A DNA stretch of 64,000 nucleotides, taken from positions 72,044,001 through 72,108,000 of the forward strand of contig NC_043001.1 of assembly GCF_006345805.1 (NCBI RefSeq), in the 5' to 3' direction. Source of the DNA: Octopus sinensis. Taxonomy: Eukaryota. Positions 12,491 through 25,217 of the stretch are shown here, piece by piece. Numbering within the stretch: position 1 is the first letter of the stretch; each line of letters starts with the position of its first letter. Under the pieces are notes generated by a model. The model made no database searches. It was given only the letters and a program-made list of their open reading frames with translations, and had not been told where the DNA came from. The position numbers were made by a program, and so were the translations under genes.

Positions 12491-14435
12491 TGTTTTGATT
12501 CTTGCTGTTCTATTTGTGGTTGTTCTTTACTTGAAAGCAGACAGTAATAAATCACCAAAGGTTTCAAGTACTGCCTTCTCCTGTGACTCAAAGAGACAAT
12601 ACTCTCCTTAGAATGCAAGCTGTACCCAACAATGCCATCTTCTGGATCACTTCGAGCCTGACAGCAGCTCTAATATTCTTAATATGTTTTTCAAAGCTCT
12701 TGGAAACTGCTCCTAATGCTCCAATTACCACCGGTATCACCATTACTTTCCTCATGCCCCATAACTTTCCTATCTTGTCCCACAGTGGCTGGTATTTCTC
12801 ACTCTTTTCTGTTTCCTTACATTTCACCCTTGAATTGCTTAGTATTGCAACATCTATTATCGTTGTTTCTTTTTCATCTTTATGGATGATCACGATATCT
12901 GGCCGTCTTGTCTGTATGACTTGGTTGCACTGTATGTTAAAATCCCAGAGTATTTGGTAATGTTCATTTTTCATTACTCCCTCTGGCTTATATTCATACC
13001 ATTGTTCGACTCTCTTGAGGTTTTTTTTAATACACAACAGCCAGTGGACATATCTGGCCACATTGTCATGTCTCCTTTTGTATTCACGTTGTGCAAGCTT
13101 ACAGCACTCACTAACAATATGGCTTATACTTTCTCCCTTCTCAGAGCACATCCTGCACTGTGGGAGTCAGTATTTTTATCAATGTGATATTTGGAGTAGT
13201 TTGTTCTGAGAGCTTGTTCTTGAGCGCTGTACACTAATGCCTCAGTAGGCCCTTTTAAGTCTCCTTTCTGCAGCCATTCTATTCCAATCAATCTCATCTT
13301 TATTCTTCAAGAACTGACTGTGCATTTTCTTGTCCTGCCAAATTTTCTTCATCTACTCTCTCTGGTCTTTCTTAAATTGTGTTGGATCTACAGCTTTGTT
13401 CACTTTTAAGGTTCCCTGCATTTCCACTGCTTCAATTATTCCTTCTTTCCCTCCCTTGATATACCAAGCCAGGCTATTCTACTCTTCACTTACATGACCT
13501 TCACAGCACATCAATCCCCATCTTCCTTTCCTCTTTACATACAATCTTGACACATCACGCTTGGGGTGTAGTCCTTTATTCATTGTCAATAATTTACGTG
13601 TTCTCCGGTCTATCTCTTGTAAGTCATTCTTCTTCCAAGATACTATTCCTGCCCCAGATCTCATCAAAGCCACTGCCTACTTGTTAATTGCTCTAATTTT
13701 ATAGCAGCCATTTATCTTCGATTGGCGCACAAGCCAAGTTCTCATTCATGATACCCAGATACTTATATCCTTCCTCTCCAACTTCCTTTATAGTTTTGCC
13801 ACTTTCCAGCTTGATCCCATGGCTTTTACTGATTTTCCCCCCTTTTGAGAATCATTACACCACATTTCTTGATCTCAAATTCCATGCCATTATCTTTGCT
13901 AATCATCTGTACAGTTGCCATCAAACTCTCAATTTCTTTCTCAGTCTTAGCAAATAGCTTTAGGTAACCCATAAACCACAGGTTGTTTACTTTCACCCTG
14001 CCTAGCATGTACCCCACATGCATCTTTCTTAAAACGCTGGTTAGTGGCAGTATGCAGACAACAAATAGTAGAGGCAACAGATTGTCCCTTTGAAAGATTC
14101 CTCTTTTGATATTTACCTCTCCCAGCTTATCTCCCCATGCTGTGAGTTCAGTTCGCCACGTTGCCATTGATATTGTGAGAGAACTTAAGCAGTTTAAGGC
14201 ATTCAATAATCCACAAGTTTGAGACCATGTCATATGCTTTCCTGTAGTCCACCCATGCCATCATCAAATTTTTGTATCTTCTTGCAGTCAGTCAGGATAG
14301 CCTTATCAATTAGTAATTGATCCTTCGTTCCTCTGCTCTTACATCTACACCCCTCTTGTTCCACTGGTAGTCGGTCATTCTCATCTAAGTACTTATAGAT
14401 GGTGTTCAATGTGATGGCTGTCATCAGTTTCCGCT
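12483..14435 (-). mobile_element. Decayed restriction-like-endonuclease (RLE) non-LTR retrotransposon, R4/Dong (or NeSL)-like
   Basis: RT fragments [28 protein letters not shown] and LWFMGYLKLFAK (a YMDD-like motif); ESISHIVSEC zinc knuckle and RHDNV; RRPDIVI...IIDVA nuclease; ends ILRRVLSL*. Several frameshifts. Confidence 0.88.
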
Positions 14436-14985
14436 TAGTGGCATTTTGTCCATCTTTACATTCTGAGTTCAAACTCCATTCAAGTCGATTTTCCCTTTCA
14501 ACCTCTTGGGCTCAATGTAATCAACTTATCCCCTCCCCAAACTTGCTGGCCTTGTGTCAAAACTTGAAGCCATTATTATTATTATCATTACCCTTTCATT
14601 TTTTCAAAAGGTGTCACTCTGGACAAAATGCTTAGCAGCATTTCTTCTGGCTCTTAACATTCTGAGTTAAAGTCTCACTGAGGTTAAATTTGCCTTTCAT
14701 CCTTTGGAGATGAATAAAATAAAGTACCAGTCAAATACTGAGGTTCATCATCATCATCATCATTGTTTAACGTCCACTCTCCATGCTGGCATGTGTTGGA
14801 CGATTTGACTGAGGACAGGTGAGCCAGATGGCTGCACCAGGCTCCAATCTGATGTAATTGACTAATTTTCTTCTAAAATTGCTGACTTTGATCCTAAATT
14901 AGAAACTGTTATTATTGATATCTACAGTATTGTATAATCCTGTCCTCAGTTGTAATGTGTGTGTGTATACATACATGCATGCATG

Positions 14986-15068
14986 CACACACACACACAC
15001 ACACACACACCACACACACACACATCATACATACAGACATACATACATACATACATACATACATACAT
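14986..15068. repeat. (CA)n and (TACA)n microsatellite
   Basis: Seen directly. Confidence 0.95.
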
Positions 15069-15365
15069 TAGAATGAATATTTTGGAGATGAGGTAAGGCC
15101 ATAATAGCCCAGTTGATGAAAAAAATTTTGAGGAGTATAAACCTGATGAAATGCAAGCCCTGTTAGTCAGTGACTGTTCCAGTACATCTCCCTTGTCATC
15201 TTCCAGGGCAATGCTTTTTCCATTTTGACTGCTGGGACCATGAGGCTGTTCGAATTACAGGAAATCAAAAGAATGTAAAAATATCGAATAAGTACTAGGC
15301 TTAAATAAATCTGACATGGGTTTCTATTTATATTAATTGCTGTGTATTTCTTATACCAATTCCAG

Positions 15366-15494
15366 TGGATCCAAAATGATAATAGCTATAATGTTCCCTA
15401 TGTCCAAGAAAGGTTCTATATTTGTGGTTGATACAGTACAGAGTGACCAAATGCCAAATCTTGCTGCCATGTATACAGCTGAGAGAAACTCCAA
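15366..15494 (+). CDS. POLE: POLE exon (GSKMIIAIMFPMSKKGSIFVVDTVQSDQMPNLAAMYTAERNS)
   Basis: ttccag|t gga ... tcc aa|gtaagt; matches human [22 protein letters not shown]. Confidence 0.95.
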
Positions 15495-15763
15495 GTAAGT
15501 TGCTTTCTGCTTTGGTTCTCCTTGCCTCATCCTCTTTCTCTCATCTCCTCCCATTCTCTTCTTTTCACAACTACTACCTCCTCTGTACTTCAATGCCTAT
15601 TTGTTGGGATATATTGTTGCTACCTGTGATTCTATGCATGTTACTGTAACTGTCCTTACATTATTGTGCAATATTTATTAATATCTATGTTAGTATGTGC
15701 ATTACCTCTGCCTGTGTGTTATTGCCCAAGGTTTGCTGATTAATCATTTTTGTATTTATGCAG

Positions 15764-15933
15764 AGTGTCCAAAGGAGTTGATGAGGCATCTCTTCCTCCT
15801 GCAGGAACTCAAAACTTTCAGGTAAAATTGGATAAAGATATAAACCGTGTCTACAGGAATGTGCAGAGGATTCTTTCGGCCTACAAAGATGAGAAGCGAG
15901 GACCCACTTTTATTGCCATCCAGTCCAGTCTTA
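15764..15933 (+). CDS. POLE: POLE exon (VSKGVDEASLPPAGTQNFQVKLDKDINRVYRNVQRILSAYKDEKRGPTFIAIQSSL)
   Basis: atgcag|a gtg ... ctt a|gtgagt; matches human [22 protein letters not shown]. Confidence 0.96.
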
Positions 15934-18484
15934 GTGAGTTTCATTGTTTTTTTGACTTTTTGTCATCATTATCATTGTAATATCCACTTTTCCAATGCTT
16001 TCATGAGTCAGACAGAGTTTATTGAAGCAAATTTTTTCTATAGCCAAATGGCCCTCCTGTTACTAACCCTCACTTGTTTCCAGGCAAGGAAATATTTTCC
16101 CATAACCAGACATGCTTTTGTAGAACATTGGAAATGAATGACACTGTTTGCATAACAGTGACGCTCATTTTTAACTATCATGTCATGTGAAGACAAGGAG
16201 ATACAAACATACACACACTCATGTTCTCTCTCACACACACATTGGGCTTACATAGAGTTGCCATCTTTCAGATCCATTCCAAGGGGCTATGTAGTGAGAC
16301 TAAGCCTGAAAACATGTTGTCTTTGGTCAGTAAGCGTTAATTTCTATTTGCTTCTATCTAGAAATCAAAAGAAATAACTAGTATTCCCATCAATGTTTTG
16401 AAACTGATCTATTTTCCATTACATTTCAGACTGATTTGGCACTGAGTTGCTAAGACAGAAATATCGTTGTACCAATTATTCTGCTCATTACCACAGATTT
16501 GCTTGTCAGTTGCTTGACCTTAATCACTTGAGCATGTCCTTTAGCGGCTGACAATATGTGCATCTCTGATCATAAGCAGGAGTAGTTAGGGAGCTTCATA
16601 GCCATGTGTTGAGAGGCAATGTTTGGGGTTTGAATAAATGTAACAAAAACAAAGTTTGATGGAAATACTAGCCATTTTTCATACTTTCTAGGAGTAAACA
16701 AATAGGAAATAACAGTTGCTGCCCAATAGCACAGTGTTATGTAATCTTCATGAGTCATCATTTTATGACTATTATAATGAAATTATGATCTGGTTGTGTA
16801 GAAGAAATGTTGCTATAAGGTTGTTTGAGTAAACAATTGTTTTTTATATCTGGTTGTTAGTTGATTGATAACAGCAGTAGAGAGAGAAAGAGAAGTGTAG
16901 AGTTGCTGCAATTTCTGTTCAGGGAAATTTTAGATTAATGCTTTTGATACCAGCCTGCTTGATGCTGCCTCAGATTCTATGGCATAAACTTCATTTTTCA
17001 AAGTGATATGAATTAAAACTTTCCATCAGAATTTTATGTGATTTTTTGTTCCAAACAGCAGCTTAATAATGGTAGTTATTTTATTAAATTCTTCATTATT
17101 TTCAAAATTAATTGAAGCAAAGGCAGTAACGTCATCATACTCATTTAATGTCCATCTTCCATGTTGGCATGTGCTGGACAGTTTGACAGGATTTGATGGA
17201 TTCAAAGACTGCATCATAATCCAATGTCTGCTTTGTCATGGCTTCTGGGGCCGAATGCCCTGGTATTTCTTTATGGCACCGACAATTGTGAGTCACCATG
17301 CAGCTTAAACAACAAAGATCCCCTTTGACTGAGTGAGATAATTTATACTGGGATGATTGGTTAACCATTTAGCGTTCAGACTACTCTGGCAGATGTAATG
17401 CTTATTGATTTGCATTGCTTTGAACTGATCATGCATTATTTAATAGCTTTGAGATAATATGATTGTTTAATTTTAGAATGACATTGTGAGAGGCATGATC
17501 TGGCCTGTTTGATCATGGAATAAGTATAATATTTGGACCAGATATGGCCAGTTTAAATGCTAAAGGATTAAAGTGTGTGAGACGGGACCAGGACAGAACT
17601 GTTTCTTGCTATAGAGAAGCTTCATCGCTACTCACTTTGTAAGTGGAGCTGGAAAGAAATAAAACTGGTAGTGATGAGGTGTCAAGGTGGACTCTCAAGG
17701 TACAAGGTGAAAAGAAGTGAATAGGGACAGAACAGGAAGGTTGGGTGAGTAGAGGTTGCAAGAATATAGGTGAGTGAGTGATGGTTTGAGATGGGAAATG
17801 GGTGAGAGGGTGAATATTATGAAAAAGTGTTGAGGGAGGATAAGTATGTAAAAGCACCTGTGCAGTGCCACATAAAAACACCCAGTACACTCTGTAAAGT
17901 GGTTGGCATTAGGAAGGGTATCCAGCTGTAGAAACCATACCAAATCAGACTGGAGTCTGCTGTAGCTTCCCAGTTTGCTAGCTCTGGTCAAACCATCCAA
18001 CCCATGCTTGCATGAACAGATGTTAAATGATGATGGTGAGTAGGTGGCAGCTGTAGAAATTGAGTAGGGTTGAGGGGAATATTCACTGAAATCCTACAAA
18101 AAGTTACTCCTATTCGTTTACATAACTATATGCTTAGGTTCAGATCATCAAGTTACATTATGGGCAACACAGAATAACTCCACTTTAAATGATGAACTGT
18201 TTTGTAGATGCACTATGTTACTGTTTATTTGACTCTGGGTGGACCTGGTCAAGTTCACCCTAGAATAAAGGTGCTCCAACAGTGAACCTCCCTTCTTGCT
18301 TACATCAGGTATATGGGGGTTATATGAGGGTAGGCTGAAAAGCCATAGGCTGACTATGAAGGAGTAATGTTAGAACTGTGAAGATCATTATTATTTGTTT
18401 ATTCTCTTATAGTTTTTTGCAATCTCTTTATAAAACTGACAACTCTAATGTCTAAATATTTTAATGTTTTTTTTTCACTTGTAG

Positions 18485-18557
18485 GTTTCTCTCAACTGAC
18501 ATCTGCTATGCCAGAGATGATCAACTTCCCCATGGTACCTATTCACATGTCTGACAG
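18485..18557 (+). CDS. POLE: POLE exon (FSQLTSAMPEMINFPMVPIHMSD)
   Basis: cttgtag|gt ttc ... gac ag|gtaggt; phases fit both neighbours; matches human LASEIPVLEEFPLVPI. Confidence 0.9.
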
Positions 18558-19720
18558 GTAGGTGTGATGTGCATCATACAGTTATCTTTCATACTTCAAT
18601 CTCCAGTTCAATACTCGCTGGCATTGTTCATGTTATCTGAGACTAAACTTCAATAGATTTAAACTGCCAAACTAGATGAGAGTCAAGATGTTGTAGATGT
18701 GTTGCCATAACAAATCACATTTTCTTTAATTGTTCCTTATAATCTGAGACTAAACTTCAGTTGATTTATACTACCAAATTAGCTAACTCAACATTATGTA
18801 GAACACTCAGAGTGCTGAACCTTTCAGACGTGATGACAAGGGAGCAAAATACCTGGCACCTTGCTGTACCTCAAAAAGACCCATCTTCCATGGCAGAAGT
18901 GTTAAGGCAGCATCCCTTGGTGAAGAGGATTGGCTTGCAAGAATCCTTTGTCGATGCCATGTTAAAAGCACCCAGCACACACTGTAAAGTGGTTGGCGTT
19001 AGCAAGAGCATCCAGCCATAGAAACCAAGCAAAACCAGATTGGAACATGGTGCAGCTCTCCAGCTTGCCAGCATGGAAAGTGGATGTTAAAGGATGATGA
19101 TCCAGCTTTAAAAACCATGGGAAAGCAGACATTGGTGCTTGATGCAGTTATCTGGCTTATCAGATCCTGTTGAACTATACAACTGATGCCAGTAAGGAAG
19201 ATAGACAATAAATGGTGTGGTGGTAGTGGTGCTGATTGTTGTTGGTGATCTGACATTTGGTGGGGAAGACATGAAGAGCCATCACAGAAACATTCAATAA
19301 AAGACATATTGGACAAGCATTTTGTCCAATGATATAATAATTATTACAATCCATAGCTTTATGCTGGCATTTTATATATAAACTCCAGAAGGATGAAAGT
19401 TAAAGTCAACCTTGTTGAGATTTAAACTCAAAAAGAAAGAACTAGCTCAGATATAAGGTATTTATTTCAGTACTTTTCCCCTGTATCCTTCCATTTTCAT
19501 TGACATACACCATTGTTATTGCTCATCTCTATTGCTTTACTGTTTACACATCTTTATTGCTATCTCACTCATACTGGTTCCCTATTCAATTTTCTTACCA
19601 ATAACCAACATATAGCTGCCTTTCACTGACTCTCTTCAATTACTTTATCTTTTATTAGCCTTTCACTCTTTTCTTCATTGAGTTGATGTTTTAATTGTTT
19701 ACAATTTATCTTTATTTCAG

Positions 19721-19984
19721 TAACACTCTATACAATGTGCTGGATTGGCAGAGAGTTGGCAGTCGAAGAATGCTTCAGCATTACATGAATGTGAAACTCA
19801 TCTTACAAGTGATGCTGGAACAGTGCCGATATCTACACATTCCTTTGGGTAACATACCCAGTGACATCACAATGTTTGGATGTGATCTCTTTTTTGCCCG
19901 ACATCTCCAGAAACACAACCACTTACTCTGGTGTTCCTTGTCTGACCGACCTGATCTGGGTGGCAAAGAAGCTGATGACCATCG
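19721..19984 (+). CDS. POLE: POLE exon ([21 protein letters not shown]...[31 protein letters not shown])
   Basis: tttcag|t aac ... cat cg|gtcagt; near-identical to human [30 protein letters not shown]. Confidence 0.97.
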
Positions 19985-20758
19985 GTCAGTGATCTGACAA
20001 TATTCTTCCTCTTAGTTTAGAAGACACACTTTTAAAATATAGTTATTGTTCAAGATTTAAAACATCTGTTGGTCAACATACTCCATTAGAGAATTATTTT
20101 AAAGATACACCATGAAATTAACTTGATCTAAATATCTCATTAAATATAATTATTGTTCAAGATACTCATTTCACTGAGAACCTTCTTGTAAGCCATGTCA
20201 CACAATTGGAGATGAGTTTTACCGAAAGTGGTTCCACTTGCAGTGAGGTAGGACCATTTCTGTGATTCCAAATACAATGAAGATATGTGACACAGAATTA
20301 TTGACAACAAATGTCTTTAAAATAAAATTTTAAAATACCATGTAGACCAGGAAATCGTTTCAAAATTTTCTAAGTCAAATAAATAAATGGTCAGCATGCC
20401 CAACTGAAACATAATTAGTGATGAAGATACACCATTAAAATATTGGCCAATACATGTCATTGAAATATTGCTAGCCATGACACATTATTAAAATGTAATT
20501 ACTGATAACTATATTTTAATAGTGTATCAATAATGCAAGTATTGCTTCTCAATTATGTCCTACTACACACAGCCTAAGGCAAGTGTCTTGTAATGCAGCT
20601 CTGGATTGACCACATCATTGTGAGTGGATTTGGTAGATGGAAACTAAAGAAGCTTCTCATATATGTGTGTTTGTACTCTTGCCTTAACATCATCATAGAA
20701 GCAGTGTCAAGACACACAAGTTTTAAAATTAGTATTCATTACAAGGCCACATCTTTAA

Positions 20759-21812
20759 CACTAGAAAGATCGAACTTTTCACCTACCTTTAAGCACCAGA
20801 ATGTGTCAATTGATGCAAAGATATTTTTCAATTTAAAAGGAAAAAACAGAAAAGGAGAAGTAGAAAGCCTTTATTAAATCTATTGAATTTTATGACTTCA
20901 TGATGATATTAGTGGCAGTAGTTTGATATTTTGAAAGAAATTTATCCTGACAAAATAAAAAGAAATTTATTGAAATTCTAAACATTCATCGCAACGTTTT
21001 AGTGCACATTTGCCACAGAGAGGTTATTTTACATTTCTGTGGTTCTGTTTTGGCATTTTGTTTTCACACATGTATGTCTGACTTTATTTATATAGGTAGC
21101 TGTTTCCAAAATAGGGCATTTGATAGTACATGAATGACCATGGGATGAATCACCACAAAGTTTTTTTATCAACTTTTTTAATATATTCCCATTGACTAGT
21201 GACTGAGTTGCAAACACTTGTGTATATTACACAGCTGTTTATAAGAGCAATATTGAAAATATTATAAAAAAACGTGCATTGGCCATCATCTACTGCTTGC
21301 TTTGACTGAATAAAGCCTTGCCATTTGGTCGAGCACATCTATGCCTACCTTATTTTTGGTATAAAAAAGTATGGTGTCGGGCTTCTTCTTGGGGTTATTT
21401 TCAGAAGGAACTTCTGTATGTTTATGTAAGGCACTCAAAACAACATATTGATTTCTTTTCACTGGTACGATGTGTAACAGTAGGTTTCTCTGAATTTCAA
21501 AACCAGTTTCATGGACTAGTTTCACCTGTTTTACTGCTTCTGGTAATTCTCTTCTGTTTTGATAAATTGTTCAAAACTGCAATTTTGTTTTGGGAATTGT
21601 AAGTTGCCAATGCGTCAATTGATGCATGTGGTCCTTATAGGAATATTGTTTATTTTCTTTTTACAGTTGGTGCAAACAACCTATAATTTATAGTGTATAT
21701 TAGATATAAAACTATAAAAAGTCAACGTGATGTCAAAATCTACAATAGTTTTTCAAATGTGTGCAATTAAAGTTTTGAAATGTGTCATTTGACACACTCA
21801 GTCCTTCTAGTG
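20759..21812 (-). mobile_element. Internally deleted piggyBac transposon with a transposase C-terminal relic
   Basis: TTAA|CACTAGAA ... TTCTAGTG|TTAA; minus-strand KKPDTILFYTKNKVGIDVLDQMARLYSVKASSR and FYNIFNIALINSCVIY are PGBD-type motifs. Confidence 0.88.
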
Positions 21813-22015
21813 TTAAGATAAATTCACAAAAGTATTTGTTTATAATTGATATAGCCACCAAAATACACCCGTACAATAAATATCCATTAGAATACAACTT
21901 TCAGCAAGTTATTCATAAACATTCACCTGTTAAATAATTATCATGCTAAAGATCGAAGCATTTTTGTTTAAAACTTTTGACATATTTTATATTTTTACTA
22001 CAAATAACAAACTAG

Positions 22016-22130
22016 GTTGTGTATGGAACTTGAAGAGAAAACTACAGTGGAGGTGAACAAACCAGGAGCATATTCTACAGTGTGTCTGGAGTTGGACATG
22101 TCAAGTTTGGCTGTCAATACAGTTATTGAG
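22016..22130 (+). CDS. POLE: POLE exon (LCMELEEKTTVEVNKPGAYSTVCLELDMSSLAVNTVIE)
   Basis: actag|g ttg ... att gag|gtttgt; matches human YSTVCVELDLQNLAVNTIL. Confidence 0.96.
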
Positions 22131-22374
22131 GTTTGTAAAATATCAATGATAAGCACTTACACTTCTATCTGTTGTGAGATTTGTATTTAACATTTTCAAT
22201 TTATGTTAAGTTTGTCAGGAAAGGAGGTCTAGGCTGTATGATACCTGTATGTTCTCCTTGAGTGAAAAAAACTGATGTAGCTGATGCCTAGTGACTGTTG
22301 GAAGAAAAAAATCAACAGGCTTCACATCAAGTTATAAAAGTAATTTTTTGATTAGCAACACTTGTAAAAGTCGC

Positions 22375-23158
22375 AGGAGTGGCTATTTGGTAAGTAACTT
22401 GCTTACCAACCACATGGTTATGGGTTCAGTTCCACTGCATGGCACCTTGGGCAAGTGTCTTCTACTATAGCCTTGTGAGTGGATTTGGTAAATGGAAACT
22501 AAAAGAAGCCCGTCATATGTATGGAGTGGCTGTGTGGTAAGTAGCTTGCTAACCAACCACATGGTTCCGGGTTCAGTTCCACTGCGTGGCATCTTGGGCA
22601 AGTGTCTTCTGCTATAGCCTCGGGCCGACCAAAGCCTTGTGAGTGGATTTGGTAGACGGAAACTGAAAGAAGCCTGTCGTATATATGTATATATATATGT
22701 ATGTATGTGTATATGTTTGTGTGTCTGTGTTTGTCCCTCTAGATTGCTTGACAACCGATGCTGGTGTGTTTACATCCCCGTCACTTAGCGGTTCGGCAAA
22801 AGAGACTGATAGAATAAGTAGTGGGCTTACAAAGAATAAGTCCCTGGGTTGATTTGCTCGACTAAAGGCGGTGCTCCAGCATGGCCACAGTCAAATGACT
22901 GAAACAAGTAAAAGAGTAAAGAGAGTATATTTATATATATATATGTATGTGTGTGTATGTTTATATGTCTGTGTTTGTCCCCCAACATTGCTTGACAACT
23001 AATGCTGGTGTGTTTACGTCCCCGTAACCTAGCGGTTTGGCAAAACGGACCTATAGAATAAGTACTAGGCTTACAAGGAATAAGTCCTGGGGTCAATTTG
23101 CTTGACTAAAAGGCAGTGCTCCAGCATGGCTGTAGTCAAATGACTGAAATGAATAAAA
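22375..23158 (+). mobile_element. Cluster of three tRNA-derived SINE copies (ggagtggctgtgtggtaag head family). A full copy lies at 53421-53813; many decayed copies occur elsewhere.
   Basis: Head GTGGCTGTGTGGTAAG...GGGTTCAGTTCC; body ccttgggcaagtgtcttctactatagcc...; tail gactgaaacaagtaaaagag. Confidence 0.85.
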
Positions 23159-23535
23159 AACCATTTTTATTCAACCATTTTTCGGATAATATTTTATTCA
23201 AGTTACTTGATAAAGAATCAAACAGATTGAAATCAGACATCAAACTGTGCTTAGAAGAAATATATACTTTACTCTGGATATCATCTCCATTTCAGGTAGT
23301 ATAGGACTGATAGACTGATGTGGTGCCATGCAGGTTTGTGTAGTACAGGATGTGTAGGATTAATGGGTCAATTTGACGAGTTCACTCCTAAATTTTAAAT
23401 TCATTTCCAGTTAAAACTTTGCTACACTATATCTTCATGCCTCGGTTTTTGAGCAGCTTCATTTCCAAATAGTTACCTGTATTAATTTAAGAAACAGAAG
23501 TAACTTGAATTCTATTTTGTTGTGTGTATTTGCAG

Positions 23536-23684
23536 TCTGCCCATGTCAGTGATGTAGAAGGAGCAAGTGCAGTCAGTTTTGACCTCATGCCCCAGACTTC
23601 TTTGGAGGAAATGATGCAAGGCCAAGGTGCAGCCACAATGTTGACCAGTTATGATGAAACAGCTCTGTGCTCAGTTACTTTCAG
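23536..23684 (+). CDS. POLE: POLE exon ([49 protein letters not shown])
   Basis: ttgcag|tct ... ttc ag|gtaagt. Confidence 0.96.
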
Positions 23685-23754
23685 GTAAGTCACTGTGAAA
23701 TAGGAGGACATAGCTGTCATTGGGCATGTTCTTACTGCTCCTCTGTCTGCAAGT

Positions 23755-23845
23755 CTCTCTCTCTCTCCCTCCTTCTCTCTCTCTTTCTCCCTCCTTCTCT
23801 CCTTCCCTCCCTCTCTCCTCTCTCTCCTTCCCCCCTCTCTCTCAC
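23755..23845. repeat. (CT)-rich polypyrimidine microsatellite
   Basis: Seen directly. Confidence 0.9.
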
Positions 23846-24061
23846 CAACTACTCCTTTCTCACATAAATTTCTATGGTTATATATTTAAGCAGAGAAGAG
23901 TACAATATTTCCTGGGGCCTCAAAAAATCTTTTCATATATTGAAGATAAGCATTCACATTTTGGGAGGGAAGCTTGACAGAAACTTTGTACTCCTGATAA
24001 AATTGTTCTCTGTCATCCTGAATCAGAGTGGACTCTTCTGTTCATTTCATGTAAATAATAG

Positions 24062-25217
24062 TGTTACGGAATCACCCGTCGTCGCCCGTCCCGAACGGCT
24101 CACACAAGTTCCGCCACGGAACCCAAAGAGGCGGAGAGAGGAGATACAGATAGATACTGCCACAACCGCAACACAGAGATACGGAGGCACAACCCGAGAT
24201 ACAACCCAAAGAGAGGCAAGGCAACAGAGACACTGGCTTATATTCAACAACTACTAGTTTATATGACAATCAATTGCTACACATCAAATACATTTAAGGC
24301 AGACATTTAAAGGAAGACATGCACGTGACTACTCAATACATCATGCAACAGATCAACGCATAAACAGTTCTTTAAAGTCTCTTTCTGAACATCACAGATA
24401 AAGTCACATCAACAAGTCCTTTACTCAATTCTGAACATAAATACCACAACTCGATAATCGACATATCGACAGAGTCCTTGACTGTTCTCTTCACTGTTCA
24501 ATACACCGTGACACATATCAATGCACAACACATACCTCAATTCCTAATTGAATTTGCCAGTGTCCCATTCCTCTCAATCCTGCCAATTCCTCTGAATACT
24601 GCCAAATCCTTCTGTACATATCCCTTCTGCATATTCCAATCGCTTGCTCCTCAAATCCCAAGATCCCTGCTGATCTGTCCAAGATCCGTCTGTGTTCTTC
24701 CACGACCGCTCAACCGACCGCAAGATCCGTCTGTCTTCTTCGACGACCAACTACCAACTGCCAGACCTCACTTCGTCTCTGTCCTTCTTCCACTCCCTCA
24801 TCTCCCTCTGTCTATATCGCTCCTACCCTTTCTAACTGCTCTCTGATTCCTTACTCTATCTATATCGCCTCAATCCCTTAGCCTCTCTATCTGTCCCTTA
24901 CTGCTTATCCTTTCTATTTGCCCTCTGCTCTTACTCTATCGCTATCGCCTGCCAGACTCTTAGCCTCTCCATCCGTCCCTTACTGCTTATACTCTATCTC
25001 TATTTGCTCTCAGCCCTTAATCTGTCCCTTTTCTTTCACTTCTCACTGACCCTCTTATCAACCACACGAGGTCACAGGTCATTCCAAAACCCATTAGTCC
25101 TCCATTAGACAAAAGACTGTCACATTTTCACCAGACATACTGGAACCATATCCACGATGTGGGTCACCAGAAACACTACACTAATTAAACCCGAAATGCA
25201 CTTAGCCAACCGTAACA
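24062..25217. mobile_element. Solo LTR (family 2) with internal tandem repeats
   Basis: 8-bp terminal inverted repeat TGTTACGG...CCGTAACA; flanks ATAG/CTAG (a 4-bp TSD with one mismatch); CpG-rich; internal repeats caagatccgtctgt and an ~80-bp duplication at ~24860-25010. Confidence 0.8.
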
